From assembly GCA_041655255.1 (NCBI GenBank), contig JBBAFS010000002.1, positions 718-64,717 on the forward strand: a stretch of 64,000 nucleotides of DNA. Direction: 5' to 3'. A program made the translations under genes and the position numbers. Positions 19,489-28,724 of this stretch are shown piece after piece. The notes under the pieces were generated by a model. That model was not told the DNA's origin, searched no databases, and worked only from the letters and a program-made list of their open reading frames with translations. Position 1 is the first letter of the stretch; each line of letters starts with the position of its first letter. The DNA is from Sphaerochaetaceae bacterium (lineage in GTDB: Bacteria > Spirochaetota > Spirochaetia > Sphaerochaetales > Sphaerochaetaceae).

Positions 19489-21285
19489 TTACCTATCGTT
19501 TGTTTTTGGGTCGATTGCATCACGCATTCCATCACCCACCATGTTGATACTCACTGTAGCTAAACTCAAAGCAATAGCTGGGAAGATCCATCTCCATGCG
19601 TAGTTCGCCATGACAGTCGAATCGTTACACCCATATAACATATTTCCCCATGTTGCATTTGGTTCATTCACCCCAAAACCTAAGTAACTAAGTGAAGACT
19701 CATACAACATACATAGCGCAAAACTGAGAGTGAGGTTCACTAATATTACCGTTATCACATTCGGTAGAATGTGTTTAAAGATAATTTTAAGTTCAGTAAT
19801 TCCCATCGCTTTCGCAGCTGTAACAAACTCTTGTTCTCGAGCTGCCAACATCTGACCACGTACCAAGCGTGCTAAGGGGGGCCAAGAGAGGAGACCTAAG
19901 ATCACCATGATCATCGAAATTCGTCCCGTCTCACTAATTCTACTTCCTATAATAGCCGAAAGAATCATCGCTAAAGGTAGAAACGGAATCGCATTTACCA
20001 CTTCAGCAATCCTCATAATCAGCATATCGGGCTTTCCTCCGTAATATCCAGAAAATGCCCCTAAGATAATTCCTATAAAGGCACTGATGATGACAGCAAT
20101 CGCTCCGATGGTTAAGGTGACTCGTCCACCACTGAGTAATCGAGTTAACAAGTCTCGACCATATTGGTCAGTTCCCATCAGGTACCCTTTTAATCCCCAG
20201 CTATGAATCTTGCCGTCTGCATCAATTGCGTAGTTTTGAAAATATGAAGAAGTAATACCCACAATGTTATTCAACTTAGGAGCTTTACTTTGTTTGTAAT
20301 TATTTCTCCCCCATGAAACAACACTCCCATCTGAAAGCAGTGCTGTGAAGTGTCCTCTTCCTGCACTTACGGCAATAGCGTTTCCTTGAGCAAGGGAAGG
20401 GACTTGTTGCACGCCATAATCATCTCCACCCCATACATGAATAACACCATCATCAGTGACGGCAGCAGCTGATCGCTCGGTGATAGCAACATCAACAATA
20501 GAGCCTTGAATCTCTTGTGGGATATAACTAAAGGGGGTCTCACGCGAAGAGAGTGTTACGGCCTCTCCTTGAGTTGTGAGGGCAACCGCCAAGGTTGTAT
20601 TAGCACTTATTTTACTAAAAGAGCCTTGTCTCTCTTCAGGAATGGGGATATTTATAAGGTTTGTATTTCCCCAAAAGAAGATTCTTCCATCCTCTGTTAG
20701 TGCTAAAGAGATCTGATGACCAGCTAAGACTTGTTTCACTCGAGAGCTTTGTACTTGGGGAGGAATGTTACTTAACATAAATCGATCATTTCCCCAGGTG
20801 TAGACTTTACCATTCTCATCTAATGCCAAGGCATGGTCCAATCCTGCTGAGACTTGAATCACTTTAGCATTAATTTGAGGAAGATTTTGTAACTTAGGAG
20901 TGAGAGTTCCCCACTGACGAATCACTCCATCACTACCAACACCGAGGCCGTATACAGAGCCTTGATCAATTGAGACGACATTGCCTGAAATCTCTTTGGC
21001 ATACTTCATATATGATAACGTGGGTTTCGTGTTTTTCTGAGTTGGGTCTTGGAATTGAAGGTCCAAGGGGAAAAAGAGCGGTAAGATAAAGACTGCTAAG
21101 AAAATTGCGAAAAACACATAAAGGCCTAACATGGCACTCCAGTTTTGTCGAAAATTACGTAGCATCGTCCGATAAGGACTTTGAACTTGCTCCTCTTCAA
21201 AAATTGAGAGAGTTGCTGTACGACGACCAAAAAAGAGACTTTTAAGGACATCAAAGAAATGTGAACCGTAGGTACGTTTTGCCAT
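19489..21285 (-). CDS. oppC: OppC/DppC-type ABC permease with an inserted seven-bladed RCC1-like beta-propeller
   Basis: TM1 at aa 50-73. Seven repeats ending in xxDGxxxxWG span aa 100-365. Then canonical GTDQYGRDLL and the BPD-transport (EAA-loop) core. Confidence 0.85.
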   Translation of the reverse strand: MAKRTYGSHFFDVLKSLFFGRRTATLSIFEEEQVQSPYRTMLRNFRQNWSAMLGLYVFFAIFLAVFILPLFFPLDLQFQDPTQKNTKPTLSYMKYAKEISGNVVSIDQGSVYGLGVGSDGVIRQWGTLTPKLQNLPQINAKVIQVSAGLDHALALDENGKVYTWGNDRFMLSNIPPQVQSSRVKQVLAGHQISLALTEDGRIFFWGNTNLINIPIPEERQGSFSKISANTTLAVALTTQGEAVTLSSRETPFSYIPQEIQGSIVDVAITERSAAAVTDDGVIHVWGGDDYGVQQVPSLAQGNAIAVSAGRGHFTALLSDGSVVSWGRNNYKQSKAPKLNNIVGITSSYFQNYAIDADGKIHSWGLKGYLMGTDQYGRDLLTRLLSGGRVTLTIGAIAVIISAFIGIILGAFSGYYGGKPDMLIMRIAEVVNAIPFLPLAMILSAIIGSRISETGRISMIMVILGLLSWPPLARLVRGQMLAAREQEFVTAAKAMGITELKIIFKHILPNVITVILVNLTLSFALCMLYESSLSYLGFGVNEPNATWGNMLYGCNDSTVMANYAWRWIFPAIALSLATVSINMVGDGMRDAIDPKTNDR

Positions 21286-21296
21286 TGAATCTACTC

Positions 21297-22286
21297 CTAA
21301 TCTAATTTGACACGAGGGTCGGCAAACCCATAGGAGAGATCCATCAAAAGGTTGCCAATTAAGCTCAGAACAAGATAGAACATCACCATTGCCAACGAGA
21401 CGGCAAAGTCTTGTTGATTCAGAGCGTCAATGATGACTTTCCCCATCCCATTCCATAAGAAGGTCCGTTCAATAACAACTGAACCGCTGAATATAGAGAT
21501 GAACCAGCCAGTCATAATTGTAATAAAAGGAATCAACGCATTACGAAAAGCATGAGAGTAGATGACTACTTTCTCATTTAATCCTTTAGCTCGAGCTGTC
21601 CGAATATAATCCATCGAAAGAGCTTCAATCATCGTCGCTCTTACATACCGAGTTAATCCGCCAAGTGAAGTAAAGACCATCACCAATAAAGGAAGGGCCA
21701 TGTGGTACATCTTATCGAAGAACATCCTCATAGGAGTTCCCCTTAAAGCGGGAGTTTGCACTCCACTGATGGGAAAGATTGGTAACTTAACCGCAAAGAG
21801 GAAAATAAACAGAAGTGCAATAACAAAAAATGGGAGACTATAGCCGATAATTGTTACCACTTGAACAGTTGAATCAAATTTAGTGTTTCGCCTCACTGCA
21901 GTAGCTATACCAAGTGGTATGGTGATAGCAAAGACAGGAATTAGCGACCACACATTGAGCATGATGGTGTTTTTCATAGGAACACCTATCATCTGCCTGA
22001 CGGGCATCTTATACGTCAGAGAGTAACCAAAATCGCCTTTGAGCGTGTTGAGCAACCAGGTGAAATATTGGACAACAATTGGTTTATCTAAACCGAGTTT
22101 TTTTACAGCATCTTGGTAGCGAGCTTCATACTCTTCGGGTTTCATACTAGTTTTACTCCCCTCTAACATCATTCTGGCAGGATCACCAGGTACTGATTTA
22201 TAGAGTGTGAAAAGTAGTACCGATGCAATTAAAAAGACAACCACTATGTATAAGAGGCGCCTTAAGACATACTTTAACATGGTCAT
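21297..22286 (-). CDS. oppB: OppB/DppB-type ABC permease
   Basis: N-terminus MLKYVLRRLLYIVVVF, six TM segments, EAA loop DYIRTARAKGL. Confidence 0.92.
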   Translation of the reverse strand: MTMLKYVLRRLLYIVVVFLIASVLLFTLYKSVPGDPARMMLEGSKTSMKPEEYEARYQDAVKKLGLDKPIVVQYFTWLLNTLKGDFGYSLTYKMPVRQMIGVPMKNTIMLNVWSLIPVFAITIPLGIATAVRRNTKFDSTVQVVTIIGYSLPFFVIALLFIFLFAVKLPIFPISGVQTPALRGTPMRMFFDKMYHMALPLLVMVFTSLGGLTRYVRATMIEALSMDYIRTARAKGLNEKVVIYSHAFRNALIPFITIMTGWFISIFSGSVVIERTFLWNGMGKVIIDALNQQDFAVSLAMVMFYLVLSLIGNLLMDLSYGFADPRVKLD

Positions 22287-22365
22287 GATTCCTTTGGTGA
22301 GATATATCTAGGGCAACACAAGTGTTGCCCTAAGTTGAGTATATGCATCAAAAGTTCGTATGTGA

Positions 22366-24195
22366 CTATTTTACGTCAGCTCGAACGATAGCATATGGGA
22401 AATCCCACGTTGAAGACGAATCGTAGTTGACAATCTTTGGGTTAAAGAAGTCGTGGTAGATGTCTGAATACAGTGGAATATCTGGAAGTAAGTAGTTCCA
22501 TCTCTTTTGGAATCCGATCCATTTGTTCACCCAGCCTTGAAGGTCTTGAGGATCAGTTCGTTTCATATCTAAAGAAATCCTCTCAAGTTCAACGTCTGAG
22601 ATGAAGTTGGAGTTGTAATCACCAAAGTACTCTGGATCTGTTGAGTAGTAGTACCAGTATGCCTGTGTGGTAGCAAAACCGGTTCCTAAGTTAAACATAC
22701 CGTAGACAGGCTTATCGATATTCTCTTTGTAGAGGTGATCGAGAAGAACTGCAAAGTCGACAGTTGTTCCGTTGATTTGCATTCCAATCTTTCGTACTTC
22801 AGGAACGAGCATAGCTGAGATAAGATCACTAACAGGGTTATTAGCTGTGTTTGCCCACTCAATAATCAGTGGCATTAATTGGCCATCAACTCGTTTGTAA
22901 CGGAGGGTATCAACACCTTTTTGGTAGTTTCTACCATCTTTGTTATAAATCCAACCATCATCGATGAGCTCTTGCTCAGCTTTCTGTAAGTTGTATGGAT
23001 AAGCATTAAGCTCTTTGTCTAAGAGATCTGCATTTTCCATATATTCCCACATTGAAGCGCCGTAGTAACCGTTGACGATGATTCCATAACCACCGGTGTA
23101 CTGTCGTGCAAATTCGTTTCGATCAAGGCTGTATGCGATAGCTCGACGAACTGCGTCATATTGAGTTGGTCCAAAGTCACAAGCAAAAGCAATTTTTCCA
23201 TATCCATAACGTGGGTATGAAGCATAATCAACACGCCCTTCATCATGAAGGTCTAAACCACGGGTAATTTGATCGCCACCACTGATACCTTGAAGCATAT
23301 CAATAGCGCCGGTTCTCAGTTCGTCCATTTGAGTGGCTGTGTTGGTCAGTTTGATGATGATTCGGTAAATTGATCCTTTTGCACCATCATATGAGCCTAA
23401 GAAGTTAGGGTTTAACACAACACTAGCAGTTGAGTCTGCTGGGTTGAAGTTTTCAAATTGGTAAGGGCCACTTGTTACCATTGGTTTGTAACGATAGCCA
23501 GTGTTGGTATCTAAGATGGTCTTTCTTAAAAGATCAACATTATAACCAGAGGTGAGAGAAGCACCACGACCTGAATCGACAACATCGACTCCAGGAGCAA
23601 GAACTGCTAAGGGAAGTGGTCCAACTGAGACTAATGAGAGGTCAAAGAAGTAGGGGAGCTCTTCAGCTTCAATGGTAATGGAGAATGAGTAATCTCCGAG
23701 AAGTCTGACGCCACTGAAGACATTGCTCTCTCCTTTGTGGAAAGCGTCATAACCGACATATTCTGGACCTACACCATATTGGGCACCAATTTCAGTTGCC
23801 TCAGGGGATGCCATGTATAAAAGTCCAAAGACGTAATCTTTAGCAGTGATTTTGGATCCATCGTTGTAGACGAGATTATTTGCGATGTTGAATGTGTATG
23901 TCTTCGAACCGTCAGCGTTGTCCACTGCATCCCAAGACTTTACTGCTATAGGGTTAATCTCATAGCGACCTTCTTTGGTCCACGATACTGTTTCATAGCC
24001 ACTCATCAATAATTTGAGGTAGTGGTTAGTTGCACTGTTTGTCCATCCATCAAAGAAGTCGGCATTCAATTGAGTTGAAGATCCCAAGATTACTTGAGAT
24101 TCAACTTGAGGAGCCGCCTCTTGTGCACCTTTAGCAAATGCACCAGATAAGAACACAACAGTAATGAGTAATAGAACTAATAGTTTTTTGCTCAT
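22366..24195 (-). CDS. oppA: Family-5 extracellular solute-binding protein (OppA-like)
   Basis: 609 aa, signal peptide. Size and position at the head of the oppBCDF genes. Confidence 0.85.
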   Translation of the reverse strand: MSKKLLVLLLITVVFLSGAFAKGAQEAAPQVESQVILGSSTQLNADFFDGWTNSATNHYLKLLMSGYETVSWTKEGRYEINPIAVKSWDAVDNADGSKTYTFNIANNLVYNDGSKITAKDYVFGLLYMASPEATEIGAQYGVGPEYVGYDAFHKGESNVFSGVRLLGDYSFSITIEAEELPYFFDLSLVSVGPLPLAVLAPGVDVVDSGRGASLTSGYNVDLLRKTILDTNTGYRYKPMVTSGPYQFENFNPADSTASVVLNPNFLGSYDGAKGSIYRIIIKLTNTATQMDELRTGAIDMLQGISGGDQITRGLDLHDEGRVDYASYPRYGYGKIAFACDFGPTQYDAVRRAIAYSLDRNEFARQYTGGYGIIVNGYYGASMWEYMENADLLDKELNAYPYNLQKAEQELIDDGWIYNKDGRNYQKGVDTLRYKRVDGQLMPLIIEWANTANNPVSDLISAMLVPEVRKIGMQINGTTVDFAVLLDHLYKENIDKPVYGMFNLGTGFATTQAYWYYYSTDPEYFGDYNSNFISDVELERISLDMKRTDPQDLQGWVNKWIGFQKRWNYLLPDIPLYSDIYHDFFNPKIVNYDSSSTWDFPYAIVRADVK

Positions 24196-24406
24196 GTTCT
24201 TTTCTCTCCTTTAGAGTATTTTGTTCATCATACAGAACATATGTGAAACATTGTAGACAATATGGGGGCGAATGTCATCACTTTTCTTGAGAGCGCAATG
24301 TAGTGGAAAAAGTGGTATGGAATGAATAGAGGCTCATTTCTATGACATTGGGGGAACTCTTGTCTATATAGACACTGAAGAACTATATGTAGGAGATGAG
24401 GTAGTA

Positions 24407-26314
24407 TCATTTTTGTATAAGACGACTTGCTAAAAAGTCGGCAAGATTTTGATCAGTACAGTAGATATAACACCCCTTTAAGCCACGACTCATCAATGTC
24501 TTATAGGTATTACGAATAATCTCATCAGCTTCTTTAAGAGCCTGTTGATCCCCATTTCTTATTGGTCCAATAAGACCATGAAGTGATGTGTCTGTTTTAG
24601 CTCGTTTGGTGAAATCGGTAATCACTTTGTTATCTTCGTATCTTAAATCATCTCCAATAATCACACCAACGTAGTTAAACTCGAGCCCTTGAGTTGTATG
24701 GATACACCCTACTTGGTTAATAGAGCCTGCACTTATTGCATAGGTGCTATCATTTGATAAATTCCACTGCATCGCAAAATCATCGATCACAATATCTGCT
24801 TCATCTGGGGAATCCTTTTTGCTAATCCATGGCCAACAATACCCAGCAACTACGCGAGATTTGTTATCTTCTCTATTTTTCTCAAAGATCTGTTGTTGCA
24901 TTTTTGTGGGGTTGTCAAAAATCTTAAAGTCGTACTCGTTGGTGTGTAAAAAAGGATGAGCTGTCTGATCTCTGATTCCCAATACATCATCTAACCACAT
25001 CAGATACCCATCTGAACCGTTACATCTGAATTGAGAAGGGAGTTCTCCTTCTGTGACTTCAGCATCAAAGTAATGTGCCCAGTGGATAATAGAGTCACGT
25101 CTTCCATAATCTTTTGCTGTCACTTTTTGATCTTCATCTAAAAAGAAAAAGCTACACGTTGCTGCGTTGATAATCTCTTTAATTTGGTTCTCTCCTACAA
25201 TACGTGGACCGTATTGAGATCGTTCATTTAACCGGTGAGCTTCATCAACAATCAGTGTGCCATAATCACCACTTTCAGCATCGATAAAAGCTCCTGAACT
25301 TTTAAAGAGGGTAGAGATATGTTTTTTGGTATACCCCTCTTTTAATTTCGCTTCAAAGACATTGCGAGGTGCACTATTTTTTGTCACATAGGCCACCACT
25401 TGATCTCGTTTTGTTAACTGAACAAGAAGATTGATTGCTACAACAGTCTTTCCTGTCCCCGGTCCCCCTTTGACAATAAAGACCCTCTTTTTGTTATCGA
25501 GAGCACTTTGCTCACTTAAAGCGAGCATCTGTTCATACACAATCTTTTGTTCATCAATGAGGCGAAACTCCTCTTTCCCTTGTAACATTGCCATAAGGCT
25601 ATCTTGTAAACTCTTAGAGGGACGAATCTCTCCGTTTTCAATAAGGTAGAGAGTGTGCTTGTCATCACCTTTACGGATATATCGTTTGATAAAATCTTGA
25701 AGTTTCTTTCGATCATCACGGGTATATAAAGGGGAGTCTTCTAAAAGTTCTTCAAAATAGGGTTGAAACAGCGGATCGTTTTTAACGGGTCGGTAGTTAT
25801 GTAAATAGGCACAACTTGATAAGTGAATTGGGATAGTGGCAATGTGGGTGTTAAAATCACTTAAAAAAGAGCGATACGAAGAGACTTGGTACGAGGGGTG
25901 AGGTGTCTTTACTAAAGAACCACCCATAGCTGTTTCAATCTCGGTCACTTCATGTTCGGGATTATATTGAAGTAGTTGCTCAACCCCTTTAAGAGGTTGT
26001 ACTTTCTCCCACTGTTTTAACTCAATGATCAAAGCTCGTTTGTTATCATGTTCATCTAAGCCACTGAGGATAAAATCGATCCGTTTTGATGTGTGAGGAA
26101 TATTAAATTCAATAGCCACTCCAGTATTGGATGGGATTTCTTGATCGTTGAGTAGATGAAACATAAAGTTCTGAGAGTTCATCCATGATCGTCTTTCACT
26201 AGCACTCACTTTTTTAGCAAGTTTCTTTAACAGCTGTTGTTCAATTTTTTTATCGATTGAGCTATCTTCAACATCTTTGAGAAACTGTTTTTTATCAGCG
26301 GTGTATACAAGCAT
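24407..26314 (-). CDS. PD-(D/E)xK nuclease-like N-domain fused to a DUF2075 (Schlafen group-III type) SF1 helicase/ATPase
   Basis: N-terminal E69 / D80 (RIDFIL) / E98-x-K100 (IIELKQW). Walker A GGPGTGKT (283-290), Walker B LIVDEAHR (355-361). C-terminal IHTTQGLEFNYVGVIIG helicase motif. Confidence 0.8.
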   Translation of the reverse strand: MLVYTADKKQFLKDVEDSSIDKKIEQQLLKKLAKKVSASERRSWMNSQNFMFHLLNDQEIPSNTGVAIEFNIPHTSKRIDFILSGLDEHDNKRALIIELKQWEKVQPLKGVEQLLQYNPEHEVTEIETAMGGSLVKTPHPSYQVSSYRSFLSDFNTHIATIPIHLSSCAYLHNYRPVKNDPLFQPYFEELLEDSPLYTRDDRKKLQDFIKRYIRKGDDKHTLYLIENGEIRPSKSLQDSLMAMLQGKEEFRLIDEQKIVYEQMLALSEQSALDNKKRVFIVKGGPGTGKTVVAINLLVQLTKRDQVVAYVTKNSAPRNVFEAKLKEGYTKKHISTLFKSSGAFIDAESGDYGTLIVDEAHRLNERSQYGPRIVGENQIKEIINAATCSFFFLDEDQKVTAKDYGRRDSIIHWAHYFDAEVTEGELPSQFRCNGSDGYLMWLDDVLGIRDQTAHPFLHTNEYDFKIFDNPTKMQQQIFEKNREDNKSRVVAGYCWPWISKKDSPDEADIVIDDFAMQWNLSNDSTYAISAGSINQVGCIHTTQGLEFNYVGVIIGDDLRYEDNKVITDFTKRAKTDTSLHGLIGPIRNGDQQALKEADEIIRNTYKTLMSRGLKGCYIYCTDQNLADFLASRLIQK

Positions 26315-26321
26315 CCCTATC

Positions 26322-26663
26322 TTACTCCAGCTCAGTATATTTTTTACTACTACCGTAGGTCTTCTCTACTGCGTAATGCTCTTCATTGGTCTGTAACTTC
26401 TCTTTGATGATCGTTGGGATATCGAGTCCAAGAGCATCGGCAAACTGAACAGCATAGATGAACACATCGGCAAGCTCTTGAGCCATCTGCTGTTGTTTCT
26501 CTTTGACTATTAAATCATCTGAAGACCACTGAAAGCACTCAAGGAGTTCAGATGCTTCTAAACTTAAGGAGATAGCAAGATCTTTAGGGTTATGGAACTG
26601 TTTCCAAGAACGCTTATCTCGGAACGCTAAAATTTCGTCTACGGGTAAATATGTCTCTTTCAT
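26322..26663 (-). CDS. MazG-like (all-alpha) nucleoside-triphosphate pyrophosphohydrolase
   Basis: About 113 aa from MKETY. EASELLE ... ELADV matches the ExxE...ExxD metal-binding pattern of the MazG/DCTPP1-like family. The ORF-track N-extension to 26720 is probably spurious. Confidence 0.75.
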   Translation of the reverse strand: MKETYLPVDEILAFRDKRSWKQFHNPKDLAISLSLEASELLECFQWSSDDLIVKEKQQQMAQELADVFIYAVQFADALGLDIPTIIKEKLQTNEEHYAVEKTYGSSKKYTELE

Positions 26664-26736
26664 ACCACCAAGTGTAACATAAAAGAGACACTTCGGTGAA
26701 AGAACAAAAGAATAACACATCCTTTTTTTTAAAAAG

Positions 26737-27396
26737 GTGTGCTACTATATACACATGGTTATGGACGATGTATTAGACCCACATATGTTTATGATGTGTG
26801 AGAGTCTCGATTTGGAAGTCGCCTCCTCTTTAGATGAGGGTTATAGTATCTCCTTGTTACAAAAAGATGAGTTACCTTTATTGTTTGACTTAGTGACAAG
26901 AAATCGTGCTTTAGTGCAAGACGAAGAGGCTCACTTCTATTATGATCGAGTCTTTCGTAAAGATGAGAAACAATTCTTCTCTCAGTGTTACTTACTCCGT
27001 GATGATCAGAGCTCTCAAGTCATTGGCTCTATTGCCTTATGGAAAGCGTATAACGTTTTTCATTCGATTCAATGGTTCTCAGTTGAGCGAGCGTATCGAG
27101 AGAAGGGTCTAGCACGCTCTCTTTTTTCACACGTTGTGAAACAACTTAGTGAGAAAGATATGCCCCTCTATTTCCACAGTAGATTAACCCACTTTCAAGC
27201 AGTGAACCTCTTTTTAGATTTTGGTGGGAAATTTATTAAAGATCAGTATCTGGGAAATAAAGAAAATGGTGTATTTGAAAATGTTCCAGCATTGATGAAG
27301 GTATTACCTCTTAAGAGTATTAACCGAATGCAATTTGTTGCAGCTCCTCAAGAGTTCTTAGATGCGTTATCTCCCAAAGAGGAGTTAGAGATCTAA
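26737..27396 (+). CDS. GNAT-family N-acetyltransferase (putative)
   Basis: WFSVERAYREKGLARSLFSHVV resembles the acetyl-CoA-binding Q/RxxGxG/A segment. The start codon is uncertain. Confidence 0.5.
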   Translation: MCYYIHMVMDDVLDPHMFMMCESLDLEVASSLDEGYSISLLQKDELPLLFDLVTRNRALVQDEEAHFYYDRVFRKDEKQFFSQCYLLRDDQSSQVIGSIALWKAYNVFHSIQWFSVERAYREKGLARSLFSHVVKQLSEKDMPLYFHSRLTHFQAVNLFLDFGGKFIKDQYLGNKENGVFENVPALMKVLPLKSINRMQFVAAPQEFLDALSPKEELEI

Positions 27397-27397
27397 C

Positions 27398-27727
27398 ATG
27401 GCTCAATTCTCAGATTTTGAAAAACTCGATATCAGGGTAGGGGAGATTCTTGAAGCAAAAGAGTTTAAAGAGGCGAAAAAACCAGCTTATATCGTGACGA
27501 TAGACTTTGGCCCTGAAGTGGGTATAAAGCAATCGAGTGCTCAATTAACTGAGTGTTATACACCTCAAACTTTGGTAGGGCGACAGATTTTGGCTATCGT
27601 CAACTTCCCTGTTCGACAGATAGCCAACTTTCACTCTGAAGTATTAGTGCTAGGAACCTACTCAGATCAAGGAGTAGTATTAATCCAACCAGAACAAGTT
27701 GTCTCACCAGGAGACAAACTTGGTTAA
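27398..27727 (+). CDS. csaA: tRNA-binding-domain chaperone CsaA
   Basis: FEKLDIRVGEI...IKQSSAQLT...NFPVRQIANFHSEVLVLG closely follows the CsaA/EMAP-II-like tRNA-binding fold sequence. Confidence 0.88.
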   Translation: MAQFSDFEKLDIRVGEILEAKEFKEAKKPAYIVTIDFGPEVGIKQSSAQLTECYTPQTLVGRQILAIVNFPVRQIANFHSEVLVLGTYSDQGVVLIQPEQVVSPGDKLG

Positions 27728-28713
27728 TATGCTGCCACTTGGATAATAGCTTCTCTTATTTTTTCTGGTGTTGGGACGACCAAAGATTCTAATGTTTTGT
27801 TAAAGGGGATAGGTACATCTAAACCCGCAACTCGAAGAATTGGTCCTTTGAGGGTGAAAAACGCATCACTTTCGACAATAGTAGAGACAATCTCAGCGCC
27901 AAAACCACCAGTTTTAACAGCTTCGTGAACAACAATGACTCGTCCTGTCTTTGTAGCTGATTGAAGAATCGTAGTGACATCAAGTGGAACAAGCGTACGA
28001 ATGTCGATGACTTCAACATCGATATTCTTCTCTTGTTTTAAAGAGTAAGCAACATCTAATGAGCGTTGGACCATTCTTCCGTAGGTAATGAGCGTGACAT
28101 CCTCGCCACCTTTTTTAATGTCGGCTTGTCCAAAGGGGATCGTATACTCCTCATCAAGTGGGGGGACTTCCCCTTTGGTGGCATACAGTAACTTTTGTTC
28201 GTAGAAGATAACGGGGTTGTTATCTCGAATTGCTGTTTTCATTAACCCTTTTGCATCATACGGGGTAGAAGGAATCACTACTTTTAAGCCAGGAACATGG
28301 GCTACCCACGCTTCAAGTGATTGGCTGTGTTGAGCTGCAGCTCCAGTACCTGATCCACTAGCTCCTCTGAAAACCATAGGGACCGATGTTTGTCCACCAA
28401 ATTGATACCGGTTCTTTGCAGCTTGGTTGACCAGAGGATCCATCGCTAAGGTAATGAAGTCACTAAACATCACTTCCACAATGGGTCTAAGACCTGTCAT
28501 CGCTGATCCAACAGCAGCTCCTGTGAAAGTGAGTTCACTAATGGGGGTTTCGATAATTCGACTTGGACCAAATTCTTCAATAAGACCAAGAGGGACTCCA
28601 AAGCCTCCCCCGTATATACCAATATCTTCACCGAGAAAGATCACAGAGTCATCTCTTCTCATCTCTTCTCGTATCGCTTCGTTTATTGCTTCTTTAAAAG
28701 TTATTTCACGCAT
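27724..28713 (-). CDS. 2-oxoacid (pyruvate/acetoin) dehydrogenase E1 component beta subunit
   Basis: 329 aa. FLGEDIGIYGGGFGV, transketolase-like pyrimidine-binding and C-terminal domains. Confidence 0.9.
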   Translation of the reverse strand: MREITFKEAINEAIREEMRRDDSVIFLGEDIGIYGGGFGVPLGLIEEFGPSRIIETPISELTFTGAAVGSAMTGLRPIVEVMFSDFITLAMDPLVNQAAKNRYQFGGQTSVPMVFRGASGSGTGAAAQHSQSLEAWVAHVPGLKVVIPSTPYDAKGLMKTAIRDNNPVIFYEQKLLYATKGEVPPLDEEYTIPFGQADIKKGGEDVTLITYGRMVQRSLDVAYSLKQEKNIDVEVIDIRTLVPLDVTTILQSATKTGRVIVVHEAVKTGGFGAEIVSTIVESDAFFTLKGPILRVAGLDVPIPFNKTLESLVVPTPEKIREAIIQVAAY

Positions 28714-28724
28714 AATTTCTCTCT

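Noticed and set aside
24196-24406. Intergenic region with the 12-bp palindrome GTCTATATAGAC (24362-24373) and a 60-aa ORF (24228-24410)
   Set aside because: The ORF is unsupported. The palindrome may be an operator of the opp promoter or part of the DUF2075 gene's 3' UTR, but I could not define promoter elements confidently enough to call a feature.
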